DNA of 64,000 nucleotides from Hyphochytrium catenoides (Eukaryota > Protista > Hyphochytriomycota): positions 1 through 64,000 of the forward strand of contig FLMG01003321.1 in the NCBI GenBank assembly GCA_900088475.1. Direction: 5' to 3'. Position 1 is the stretch's first letter. Every line of letters starts with the position of its first letter. Shown piece by piece: positions 36,289-47,460 of this stretch. The notes below the pieces were generated by a model that saw nothing but the letters and a program-made list of their open reading frames with translations, was not told the DNA's origin and did not search any database. The translations under genes and the position numbers were made by a program.

Positions 36289-38355
36289 ATGATGTTCACA
36301 CCGCAACAGCTACGGGGAGCAGGGAGGTATAATGCAAAGACTCGAGTAGGCAACTGGAATGAGGATCAGCGGTTGCAGGAAACCCGCGTGGCAGATTATA
36401 AGATGAAACAGGAGAGAGGAATGCTTGCCACTCAGAAGATGAACAGAAAGCTGGGCACTCTCAATCAAAAGGTATGAGGACGAAGAATACTGCTAAAATC
36501 ACTAGAGAATTACCGATAAGAAATGCCAACCAACTGCAGGTGCCACGAACATACTCTCTCGATGGAAACCTTCACTTCGGAGCCTGCGTCTCTTTTCTCA
36601 GTCTCGAAGCTGAGGCCGTCGTTTCCGTCGATATTTTCGAAGAAACTGCTTTGGGCACCAAAGAATACATCGTCACGGCTGCTAAGGAGGGCAAGGAGCC
36701 TATGGCTCGGAATACTTTTCGTATCGTCCACCCCGGAAACACTGACAGAAATGAAAGCTCAAAAAGGGAGCCATTAAGATTCGGAGATCCTTTCTATCTC
36801 GTTTGCAATGACTCTCTCCGTGTGGCAGAAGGGTCAGCCTTCCTTACTCCACCCATGTATCTGAAGTCCATCCTAAAGAGTGAGAAGCGGTCCAGCCCTG
36901 TATCGGATCAGCAGCAGGTTTTTCTCTCCCTTGGCGCCGACTCCAATGCTCTCTGGCGTATTTTGAAGACTGCAGATGGCGCTAATGGTGGGTCAGAGCG
37001 CGTTTTGGCCGAGGGCCTTCCTGTTGCAGCCAATGAGGCCGTGATTATTCAGCATAAAATGACAGGGAAAGCTCTCTTCTGTTCTAAGGAGCACCACCAA
37101 TCAACGAACTGTGGCAATGAGTTTGAGATCTCGTGTCATAACTCTCACGCGGCAGGGCGCTCTCATAATCTCAGAAAGGAGTTCCACGGCCTAACGACCT
37201 CGGACTCGGGAGCTCGCGCAGAGCTGTTGTTTAACCACTTTAAGGTTCTGACAGCGGCGACGCCAGCCCAGGCGATTGATACCCAGCAGCTGCCGCCGGA
37301 GCCCACAGTAAGCGGAATGTGCAGGAAAATATGCGAGCAAATAACTGAGAATGCCATCCATGGATTGCGGACATTTGTTAACCTGAATCGGCAGTATGTA
37401 GAGAGCGGCAGAGGCTATGTGGACAGGGAGGACATGAAGTTTGCTCTGATGGACTTGGGAGTCCGGCTTACTGTTGAACAAATTGATATTCTCCTTGACC
37501 ACTTTGATAAGGTATGTCAAGCTGATTAGCTGTTTCTCATATGTTATAAGGCTGTCGTCTGTCACGTACGTGGTCTTGTTGGCTATTCAATGCCGTTCTC
37601 TCACTCTCTCCCTGTTTCTATGTGTCGTCTTGTCGTGTAGCCATTGCCTCTTATCTCATCTCGAGGCTAGTTGCTTCTTATAAGTTATTGTGGAGCAGTA
37701 GAAAGTCGTATGTTGCTTGTTCAACTATGTTTTTGACCATAAGCCCGCCTGCCTGGGTTCGCTTCGCATTGGTTCATCGATTCTTATGGCTTTACCTGTG
37801 ACCCCGCTGAGCAGAGAAAAGATGGCATGCTAGCTTTTGAAGAAATAAGGATTGCGCTTCGGGGTGGTCAAATCGCTGAAGCTCGACGAGAAGTTATTAA
37901 TACTGTCTATGACGATATTGAAAGACAAGCAGAGGGTCAAAAGGTCAGTTCATACCATCCTTTTGCCGGTCGAGCGTAGTTCAACAGCAGATCTCGCCAT
38001 GACACTGAAGTGGCCACGTAGGTGACTATGGCCGTACTCCTTGACCTTTACGATGCCAAGGGATACGTTCCCGTTCATGGCGGGAAGTACTCTGAGGATG
38101 CTATCAGAGAAGACTTCGTTCAAGCTTGGGGACCACATGTACGTTGCTCCTTCCTCAACGTTTCTCCTTCAATGCCATTCATGCAAGTACAAGGACTGAT
38201 CACACCGTCTGCCCTGATTCCAGACCCTCAGCGACAGAGTTACAAGGCAAATGTTTGCAGATTTCTATCGAGACGTGTCCCCTATTATCGCAGAAGATCT
38301 CACTTTTGATAGGATGCTCACTTCCTGCTGGCTTTCTCGCATCTCCAAGAAGTAG
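36289..38355 (+). CDS. CFAP161: CFAP161-like ciliary microtubule inner protein fused to a calcyphosin-like EF-hand C-terminus, 5 exons
   Basis: N-terminal YNAKTRVGNWNED; ARNTFRI; LRFGDPFYL; VIIQHKMTG; EFEISCH. C-terminal exons give LLDHFDKRKDGMLAFEE, LYDAKG, FADFYRDVSPII and FDRMLTSCW, matching the calcyphosin pattern. Confidence 0.8.
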
Positions 38356-38467
38356 CGGGACAGGCACCTTCTTATTCTGAGCCTGAAGTGTGAGACGAAG
38401 AGGCAGGAGAACCGACACTGTTATCATTTTAAACGGCGAGAATCACATCTGTAACACTAGCTTGTCA

Positions 38468-39112
38468 CTAGCTTTGCGACGTCTCTTTTTGCTTTAGTTC
38501 CCACTCCATTCCACCTCGACACGACGGTGAAGGGTTGATTTTGCCTCCAGAGGTCTCCCACTGCGCTGGGGTTTTACTCTGAATAGATAGTGCATGAACA
38601 CCGTTCTTCAGCTCTTCTCCTAGCAGCTCATTGACCATGCGATGCCTCTGGATGAGAGGCACGCCTTCAAATGAATCTGAAACCACGACGACCTACGGTT
38701 GGAGAGCCACTCAGCATAGGTCAAAGGAACCTCATTGGGTCGCTAATGGAAATGTCTTATATTAGCTTGGCTTACCTTGAAGTGGGTCTCGGATCCTGCT
38801 GGTACATTATGCATATAGCTCTCATTGATAACTTCAAGGTACTGAGGCGAAAAGGCGCTCAGTAGCTTTGACACAATCTTCTCTTGAAAGGGCCCTTTCC
38901 CTGATGTCTACACGGCCACGTTACACTTCAACTTTCTAAGCACTAAGGTAAGTTTGTGGGCGTACCGCCATCCTTCTAGCTCCCCAGGGTGTAGGCGACC
39001 TACGCAGAAGGAGTCTTTGCAAAGGGCCTATTCCTGGCACGGGGGAAAGAACAAGGCAACTTTAGTCGAAGCAGTGCTTCTCCCATTCGGTAAAACGACA
39101 ACCTGCAAGCAT
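38468..39112 (-). CDS. BOLA1: BolA-family protein (BOLA1-like) with mitochondrial presequence, 4 exons
   Basis: [52 protein letters not shown] and SPSCRGG. Start at 39112 is inferred from in-phase splicing. Confidence 0.9.
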
Positions 39113-39859
39113 GAATGTAGCAGCTGTCCTGTCTAAACCTTGAAAGGATGGCTTGAGGTCGCGAGAGCCAGATTGACCCACAGGACTCCTGGTGAACCGC
39201 TGATTGGCACTGAAAGGAGACGATGCAACACTAATGAAGGTCCAAACAACGCAGCGGCAAAGCAGAAGACAGACAAGGTAGAGGTGTGGAAGGAGAGATC
39301 AAGATGTGTCTCTGACTTCATCCGTTGTCTCACCTCGAGCTATGAGTCTGGACCAGAGTTCTGATGATGCTCTTCTGCTCTCTGAAGGTACGAATGTGCC
39401 AACGTGCCTGCGCAGACTCTGTTGGTAAGCGATAATCACAAAGGCTGATAACTAGCGTAGGGCTAGAAGAGTGGTAACAGGATTAAAGATCATAAGATCT
39501 AGTTATCCGTAAGCTTAAGTTTCTGTTTGATGCTTTCTGTCTTTGTTACTTTTGTGAGATCTATTGAAGCGATCCCCCAAATCCCCCAGACACTTCAAGG
39601 AAGAAGTAGTAGAGCTTCGCTTTGATCCCCGAGACACCTTAGACCTTAGTAAAGCTTTTCAGAAGTTAGATCACCTTGATGTGAGGAAGACGGCGCTTGT
39701 CTACGAGCTCATCTTGCGCTCTTACCACCCTTCCCACAGTCTCCGTACGTGCGAAAACTGCGTGACAGGCAATAGACCATATCATTCTCACTGTGACCCA
39801 GCGTGATAGTTCGCAGGGCATATCGCCTTAAGAACAAGTCTCCCTAGGGAACCTCCATC

Positions 39860-41489
39860 ATGGCTATGGCTCCTGTCATCGAGAATGACTCTGGTGGTGC
39901 AAGAGTAGTCAACCTTCATCCAGTAAGTGGGAACTGGACAAGGGCCTTCTCATTGCGATATTCTGACGACTAACGGAATCCTGCCTGCACGATGTTTAGC
40001 TCGTCATCATTAATATCTCGGAACACTTTACTCGCGCTTGCCTAGCGGGAGATCAGGGTAGTGTCAACCGACAAAAGATATACGGTCTTCTTTTTGGAGT
40101 TCAGAACGGCCTCGTAGTTGATATTTATAACTCCTTTGAGGTTCCGGCATCTCGGGGAGATAGTGGTCGAAGTGGAACAGAGTTCAATAAGGAGTACGTT
40201 GAGTCCATCAAGGAGCAATGTACGTAGCTCTAGGCCAGATTAAGCCCTTCGAAGTTCTCAGTCCCTGCCTCCTCTCTAATGTGCCCTGCAGTCACTGCCG
40301 TCTTTCCAAAGTATGAGCTCTTAGGATGGTATAGCACAGGGCCCGAAGTAGGACCAGGCGATCTGACAACGCACAGAGCGGTAGGTCTAAGAGATAAAAA
40401 GCAGCTGACTCTCTCTCACTCTCTGTCGGGCCCTCTAGATGCTTCAGTTCAATGAGAGTCCACTCTACCTTCTTATGGACCCGTCGGCAGATGCGGCCTC
40501 GAAAGACCTTCCCGTCACTATGTATGAGTCAGAAATTCATGTACAGAACGATATACCGACGATGATTCTCGTTCGTACTGCATACAAAATTGAGACACTT
40601 GAGACCGAAAGGATTGGCATTGATCACATAGCCAAAGTGTCACCTACGGATGGATCATCGTCGTGTAAGTACATGGTCTTTGCCGATTGCGCTTCTTTGC
40701 CCTAGGCTCAGCACGTACTAATACTCGTGTGCTGCTGTTTGGGCGAATGTTTGCTATAAGCTTGGCTTAAATGTTTTCTCGTCCAAGCTTGTGTTTGACT
40801 GTACGCGAAACATCTCTCCTTTCTCCATATCCTCTAGTGGGTTTGCACTTAGATGCAGTCAAGACGGCCGTCACCAAGGTCGACGACCGCATCCAAGTCC
40901 TCCTGCAATATTTGGAACAGACCAAATCAGGTAAACTGCCTCTAGTGGGCTATGACGTAGAGAAATGCGGGAGGCAAGGTTAATTCGATGGAAGATGGAA
41001 GAGACATACTGCTAAGACCCGGGCAGGGGAGGCTACAGAGAATTTCAAAAGCAGCGCAAAGGGAGGATGACACACTCTTTTTCTCCTCTCAGGAGACGTT
41101 GCTCCAGACCACCGCCTGCTTCGACAGCTATCAAGAGTGTGCAACCAACTACCTGTCGTAGATGCTCCATCCTTTAGAACAGAGTTTCTCAAGGTAGCTT
41201 CTAATGTCGTAGTCCGGCCCCTCTTCATCACGATTGTTTCGCCTCCCTTCGATTCGTCCAATTTACATGGGAAGCTCCATGACATATTCCAACTACTCTT
41301 GTTCGATGTTTGGCCAGCTCCATCCTTTTATTGTTCCTCAAAGAGATATGTCTTTTCTCCTCACAGGAATACAACGATACTCTGCTTTTGACCTACCTGG
41401 CCAGCATGACAAAAGGAACTGCCTCTGTCAACGATCTAGTCGACAAATTCCTTTTGATGCACGACCCTAGGAAAAAGGGTTCCTTATAG
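39860..41489 (+). CDS. CSN6: COP9 signalosome subunit 6 (MPN domain), about 7 exons
   Basis: VNLHPLVIINISEHFTR, YGLLFGVQ, IYNSFE, LLGWYSTG, FNESPLYLLM, IETLETERIGIDHIAK and EYNDTLLLTYLASMTKG. Confidence 0.92.
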
Positions 41490-41882
41490 CCTTTTGGCGA
41501 GGCGGCTATACTAGTCTTCTCACTATCAATCAGACTAATCACACTGCCAAAAGAAAGGAAGAACGTAGACCGAGACAACAGCAGGATTGGACAAGCCTCT
41601 AATTCTCATATGTCGCGCTCTACTATGAAGGTTCCAGTGTCATCCTCCCTCAGAAGTTAGTGTACGTTAGCGAGGGTACCCACTCTTCGGTCATATTTGT
41701 CAATTTTATTTTGCTACTTCCCCATGTGGGGACGGCAATCAGGCATTGACTTCTCCTTTCTACAGTTACAATGCACGAAGCCTAAAAAAAATAATAAGAG
41801 TTGGAGTTGCACCTGCAGAGGCAGAGAATAATGAGATAACGCGAATAAGAAAAGAATAAGAGAGAAAAGGAGAATACTAGCA

Positions 41883-43204
41883 CTAGAAAGGACCATTGAG
41901 TTCTACCAAGTCCTGAGAGTTAAGAAAGGAGTCGGAGTCAAAAGGCTCTTCCCAGAAGTCATGGCCTTGTTTTTCTCCTTCCTCTGATGTCGATGAAGCC
42001 GTCATCTCTTTCAAATCTTCCTCTGGTTTGGAGAAGTCCATCACCGGATCCTGGGGCTCTTCTACGACAAAACTATTGTTCAACCAGCCGCAATCCTCGT
42101 CTTCTTCTAGTAGAGAGCCAACTTCCAGAGACGAGGATGAAGACGGATTGGGGAACTTGAAGGGGGAATAAGCGATCTCGCCCAGAGAGAGGGGCAATCT
42201 TTGTGTGGCCTCAATGTCGCTAACTGAGGTGGGGCTGCCCTCTACCAGGTACAGACCCGGGCTGTGCATCTGGGTCTGGATGGCAGGAGATGAGTATTTG
42301 AGCTTCTTTGGCTCAGCTGTGCTCTCTTCTTGGGACAGACAAGCGGTCAACGAAGAACGCTTCTTTTCGTTGTTAACGGCGTACTTGCTGCTGGTCTCTA
42401 ACATTGCCGGCGCTCGCTCTCCAGCTACTGTTGATGGGTTGACTGAAGCTGTCTGAACAATGGTTATATTGGAAAGCTTCCCCTTCTGGATAACCTTCCT
42501 TGTTTCCTTCGCCTTCAGTCTGTAAGACTAGTGTGAAAAGAAACCAATCGTCAATTGATATGGACGTCCCAAAAATAGACTGAAATCGAGAACTGAGGAA
42601 GCGTTCGCATAGGCAGCAGCTAAGACGGAAAGCAGTTGAGAACGCTTTGGCTCATAGCCGCTGAAAAAGAGGAAGAAGTTCGTGCTGCCACAACTAGTTC
42701 TTACTCTTGACGGAGACTGGGCAATGCTAGACGTGATGAGCTTAGGTTCATTGTTCTCACTGCTCGGTAACAAAGCCTGACCATTCTATTGGAGAAAGTG
42801 AGGTTTGAGGAGTTGGAATAGAGAAAGACCGAAAGATTGGTCAGGCGCTAGCATTTCTCCTTCCCGCAAAGCATCATACCTCATTAGCCTTTACAAGCTT
42901 CTGAAAATACTTTTGCGCATGAGTACGCACTTGGACAACGGTCCGAGTAGCGATCTACCAGATCACGGAGCGGGAAGCGAGAGCCAGGAGAATGAAGAAT
43001 CAACAAGGCGGGAGGAATGAGTGACAAGTGTCTTGGGTCGAGAAGAGTTCAGCATTGTCTCACCATGGCAGCTATCTTCTTCCAAGCCTTTCCGTGCAAC
43101 TCGACGCCTTTAAGGAACATGTTGTGTTCCTCAGCCGTCCACCGTCCAACATTCTCTGCGCCACGAGCATTTGCCTGTCCATTGCTATGCACAGTGGTCA
43201 TCAT
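41883..43204 (-). CDS. Single-repeat MYB transcription factor (SHAQKYF class)
   Basis: GRWTAEEHNMFLKGVELHGKAWKKIAAM|IATRTVVQVRTHAQKYFQKL, followed by a Ser-rich/acidic C-terminal exon (41883-~42520). Confidence 0.9.
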
Positions 43205-43944
43205 GATACTATCCCTAGCTCTTATTAAGCGCAGCCGTCTGCAGAATATACTGTGCGTCAGACCACGCTTCTTCCCCAGATAAACAAGAGACATAATCAC
43301 CTTTAGCATTCACACATAGGAAATACCTTCCCAGAGACCCTTTACTTTTGCAAGGCCCTAGCGAGGATCACGCCTATCCGGACAGCCATACGTTAGGTAC
43401 CCTGCTGTCTCCATATACACTTGATCCCAGTACCTGCTGAGTATGAAGGTGTCCTCCTTTGAAGGCTAACTCTCGTCGAGTTCGCAAGTCTAGTTCATGG
43501 CCCCAGCTACCATCACAGTTGCGGATGACTGAAGTGAGATACCTGATGGAAGCGCCCAATAAAAGCCCTCACTGTAGTGTCTAGAACAGCCACGGATCAG
43601 ATGTAAACCGAGGATTCGGACCGCAGTTAGTCTCCGCACTTTCACCATTCGTTGCAGTACATGCTAAGTCTTACCAAGGAGGGGAAGCTCTGCCTAATAT
43701 CAGTTGCAATTGCTGCGATTGGGCTGTCTAGCAGATCACTATATATGAGAGAACTTGGCCAAAACGGTGCCAGAGAACGCCTGGAGAAGTCTGCCTTTCC
43801 TCTTGAAGCTTCGCTTTGTCTTCAGCCCGCAGCGTGGACGGCGGAAGCGGTGCCGCGGTCAGCCGAGGCGTGCTAATCAGCAGTAATCATATCGTAGACT
43901 ATAGTAGTATGACCTTCAAGATGGCCACTCCAGGCGTTATGCCA

Positions 43945-44050
43945 AACTACTTGGCGTAGTGGTAACCTAGCCTTTAATAGTAAGGTGTCATGTGAACTTG
44001 CGGCTAAAAGGAAGCGTCCGAGGGGAGGTCTGAGTTCGATCTCACGTCAA
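43945..44050 (+). other. Degenerate tRNA-like element (A-box/B-box); possible tRNA pseudogene, SINE head or Pol III ncRNA
   Basis: TGGCGTAGTGGTA (A-box, D-arm), then GCCTT-TAATAGT-AAGGT (5-bp stem with 7-nt loop), then TGAG-TTCGAT-CTCA (T-arm/B-box-like). No acceptor-stem pairing. Confidence 0.3.
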
Positions 44051-45261
44051 TAACGGCTATCACCCAAGCGAGGAATCCTTTCTCTCAATGAAGCTTTCAT
44101 TTCCTGCTTCCTGCACTAAGTTACTGATATAGGTTTATATCTTTCAGACATCTATTGTGAAATGTTTCTGATTCGAGGAGTTGAAAGATCCGAAGACGGC
44201 CGAATCTTGGGACTTTGTGAAAAGTGAAAAGCCACAAAACACAAACCAAACGACGTGCCCGCGCATTATTTATTAGGACAGCGCATTCTGAAGACTCAAT
44301 CAACAGCGAATTTTCCATTATAAAGGAAGGACAATCAGAGATCGCTGTTCTTCAAATCTCTACGGAGACTGGGTGTCCTCCTGTCCTCACCTTTCTTGCT
44401 GTCCTAGTTAAAGCAGCAGCCACAAGCCATCTCCTGTGTATACCGTAGTGATAGACTTGTGATAGGGATGGTCTCTGCTCTACCGGAGCGGACCGCCAAA
44501 CAAGGACGGAGTTCATTGCTAAAGAGTAGTGGTTGAAGCGACAGCTGGGGATTGCCATAAACCTTGAATTATATGTTTCCAAGAAGTACCCGAGTGGGAG
44601 GAACAATGTAGGGCAACTGGGAATGCTGGCAAAAGCGGTATGGTTTAGGTTTTGAGGCCATTCGGCCGCCTTTGTCTTCCTGTGGTGGCACTTGCTGGGA
44701 TCGCACCAAATCGTTTGAAGAGATAGAGCAAGGAACACAATGGCTGGCTCATCTGCCGCGCAAAGAGCTGGCTATGTGCTGCATTGCACGTAGTCGTTAG
44801 CCATAATACTACCATCCTAGGCTACGATCTACTTCAATACCACTTCGGAGACACGGGGAGGTGCTCCTGTCACCACCTAGTAAAACTTATTTCCGGGGTG
44901 ATAGTAACTGAAGGTATTATTAGTCTTTCTTTACTGAGAAGCAAAGCCCGAAGGCTTGGACTGAACGTGATAAAGGCCCTGGTGCTGGCTGGTGTATAAA
45001 TGCAGGATGTCCACTGCTCTGTACTGGTCCTCTTCTTCGTCTAGCAAAGTCCTTTACATTGAGAGTGCCCCGATTAGATCGTAGAAATTTACCCTCGAGG
45101 CTAATATCTATGACCGCACCTTCTTAGCAGAGGCCCCAGTAAGCTAGTCCGGCCATGGGCAGTCTTCTCGCAGTAATCACGAAATCAAGCCCTTTGTCTT
45201 GAAGGTTTGTTCCCATCAAACCTGCTAGGCATGGTGCGCGGCCATCGCTAAGCCTCAAAAG

Positions 45262-46773
45262 CTAAGACAGAGAACCCTTAGGCTCTGCAGGTGAAGCCGT
45301 ATTAGAAGGCCTCTGTTCCTTCACGCTACCAAAGACCCTACGATCATCACCATACGCTAGCTGTCCAGCCACAAAAGTAGCCAAGACTTCAAGCTTATCG
45401 TTCAGCAGCACAAGGTCGGCATCGGAGCCAGGCTCTAAGCTGCCCTTCTTCTTCTCGATCCCCAAGGCACGTGCAGGCTGAAGACTAGCTGCTTCTAGTG
45501 CCTCCACAGTGCTACAGCCCGTCGACCTTCTGAACTCCCTTACACAATGATCCATCGATACCGCACTACCAGCCAGAGTTTGGGTCCCACTTATCACCGC
45601 ACGACATCCATTTACCTCCACGTCGAGGTCACCTAACTTGTGCCTTCCACTAGGAAGCCCCATGGCTTGCATAGCATCGGTCACTAACACCAATCCCCCC
45701 GGATGCGCTTGGTAAGCAATCTTAACGGAAGAGGGATGAGTGTGAATTCCGTCGGCTATGATGCCATAAAATGGTTGAGCTTCCTTGGTACCCAGGAGTC
45801 CCACCAACCCTGGATCTCGGTGATGGAAAGTAGGCATAGCATTAAACATGTGGGTGACCATGCTTGCCCCTGCCTTGTACCCCGCAAGGGATTGGTCGAA
45901 GTTAGCCATAGAATGACCCATGGAGACTATGATTCCCCTCTTCGTCAGCTCTTTGATGGCTGATAGTGCGCCGTTGAGTTCTGGGGCTAAAGTAATAATC
46001 TTTACATTCTCCAAGCTTCCATAGCGCTCCACAATGCTTTCAATACCCTCAGATGGCGCTGCCACGTATTGCGGATTGTGAGCGCCTTTCTTCTCAGGAC
46101 TCATAAAAGGCCCTTCCAGATGTAGTCCCAGTACAGAGGCGCCTACCGCCGCATCTCCTGTGTAACATGAAAGTTTGGGTAGAATCTTATGATATTTCTT
46201 CGCAGAGGATGATACGATAGTTGGGCAGAAGCTAGTCACCCCATACTTCAAGAGCCCTCTACCCACCGCCCTGAGATAGCTCTGGTCGCAGTCTGAATCA
46301 CTGAAATCTACACCGAAGGCTCCATTCAATTGTATATCAATGAAGCCAGGAGCAATAATGGCTCCTCTGCCATCCACAACAAGATCTGCCCGAAACTCTT
46401 GATGACTCGAGGAACGATAGAAGCGTCCCTGCGGGTCGATGATGACCCCGTTCTCAATCCAAAGGTCCTCCTTCACTAGCCTGTGACGGCGCAGGATCCG
46501 GCAATTCGTCATCTGTACCACGAACCGTCTATGGAGATCTCTTGGGGGCGTCCGGAGAGAGGCCAGCTGGTCAGATTTCAGGCCCTCCGCGTCCTCTGTC
46601 TCGTTTATCGCCTCAGCTGGGAGCACTATTCTCTGGCGCTTGATGTGTAACTCCCCTTTCTCCGAGGACCCCCTGCCGGCTGAGTGGAAGACGACCTTAC
46701 TATCTAGCTTGACATTGGGGGTAGTCATAGGCATGTTGACTGGGGAACGCTGTGGTGATAAAGGATGCTTCAT
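45262..46773 (-). CDS. AMDHD2: N-acetylglucosamine-6-phosphate deacetylase (NagA/AMDHD2); possible extra 5' exons up to about 47173
   Basis: PGFIDIQLNG, GVTSFCPT, GLHLEGPF, KKGAH, TLAPE, MGHS, THMFNAM, IIADGIH, LVTDAM and TLAGS. Confidence 0.96.
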   Translation of the reverse strand: MKHPLSPQRSPVNMPMTTPNVKLDSKVVFHSAGRGSSEKGELHIKRQRIVLPAEAINETEDAEGLKSDQLASLRTPPRDLHRRFVVQMTNCRILRRHRLVKEDLWIENGVIIDPQGRFYRSSSHQEFRADLVVDGRGAIIAPGFIDIQLNGAFGVDFSDSDCDQSYLRAVGRGLLKYGVTSFCPTIVSSSAKKYHKILPKLSCYTGDAAVGASVLGLHLEGPFMSPEKKGAHNPQYVAAPSEGIESIVERYGSLENVKIITLAPELNGALSAIKELTKRGIIVSMGHSMANFDQSLAGYKAGASMVTHMFNAMPTFHHRDPGLVGLLGTKEAQPFYGIIADGIHTHPSSVKIAYQAHPGGLVLVTDAMQAMGLPSGRHKLGDLDVEVNGCRAVISGTQTLAGSAVSMDHCVREFRRSTGCSTVEALEAASLQPARALGIEKKKGSLEPGSDADLVLLNDKLEVLATFVAGQLAYGDDRRVFGSVKEQRPSNTASPAEPKGSLS

Positions 46774-47460
46774 CCTTCCCCCTTCGTTTCTTAAGTAATG
46801 GCCAACTGTTGGCAGAAAAGTAAACAGCCTTATGACTCCGTACTCGTTTACTCAGCAGATAAGGGCTCAGAATTGTGGCGCGGGCTTCCATACCACCCTC
46901 CCACCAAACTAGACTATCAGAAGCTCCGCCTTGACCTGGAACGGTGTATGATTGTGGTGACAATGCTCTGCTGCGTACCAACGTTGATGTGTTCAGCGAT
47001 CTGGAAGTTCGTTCTCCCTGCTTTCTGACTGCAGGGGAGACGAAGCTTGAAGATGAAGATTCTTCCCGTGATGCGGCGAAATCCGTTGTGGCATCTGGAA
47101 CGAATCCTTCAAAGAAGTTTATATCTGTGAAATAAAACTCAGATATAGAATATATGAGCAACTAACGCAACATTCCTTTGAAGCTTTTAGAAAAGTGAAA
47201 TGTGAAAGGGAGAAGGTTTGACTTGACATCTGGACATGTAATGGCTCCTGGGGGTTCCCTGAAATCTTAGTGGAGATCCATTGAGTTTCTCATCAGCTGC
47301 AGAATTTCAGAAGTCAGGAAACGTATCAGCAGCAGCATCTGTGACCTCATGGAATCGGGGACTGTGCCCCAGTGCGGCGGTGAATCTGCATTTCGAGGCG
47401 TCAGTCAACCAGAGGGAAGCTGCTAATACTGCCCTCGTAAGTGGGCGTCGGTCAAGGACA

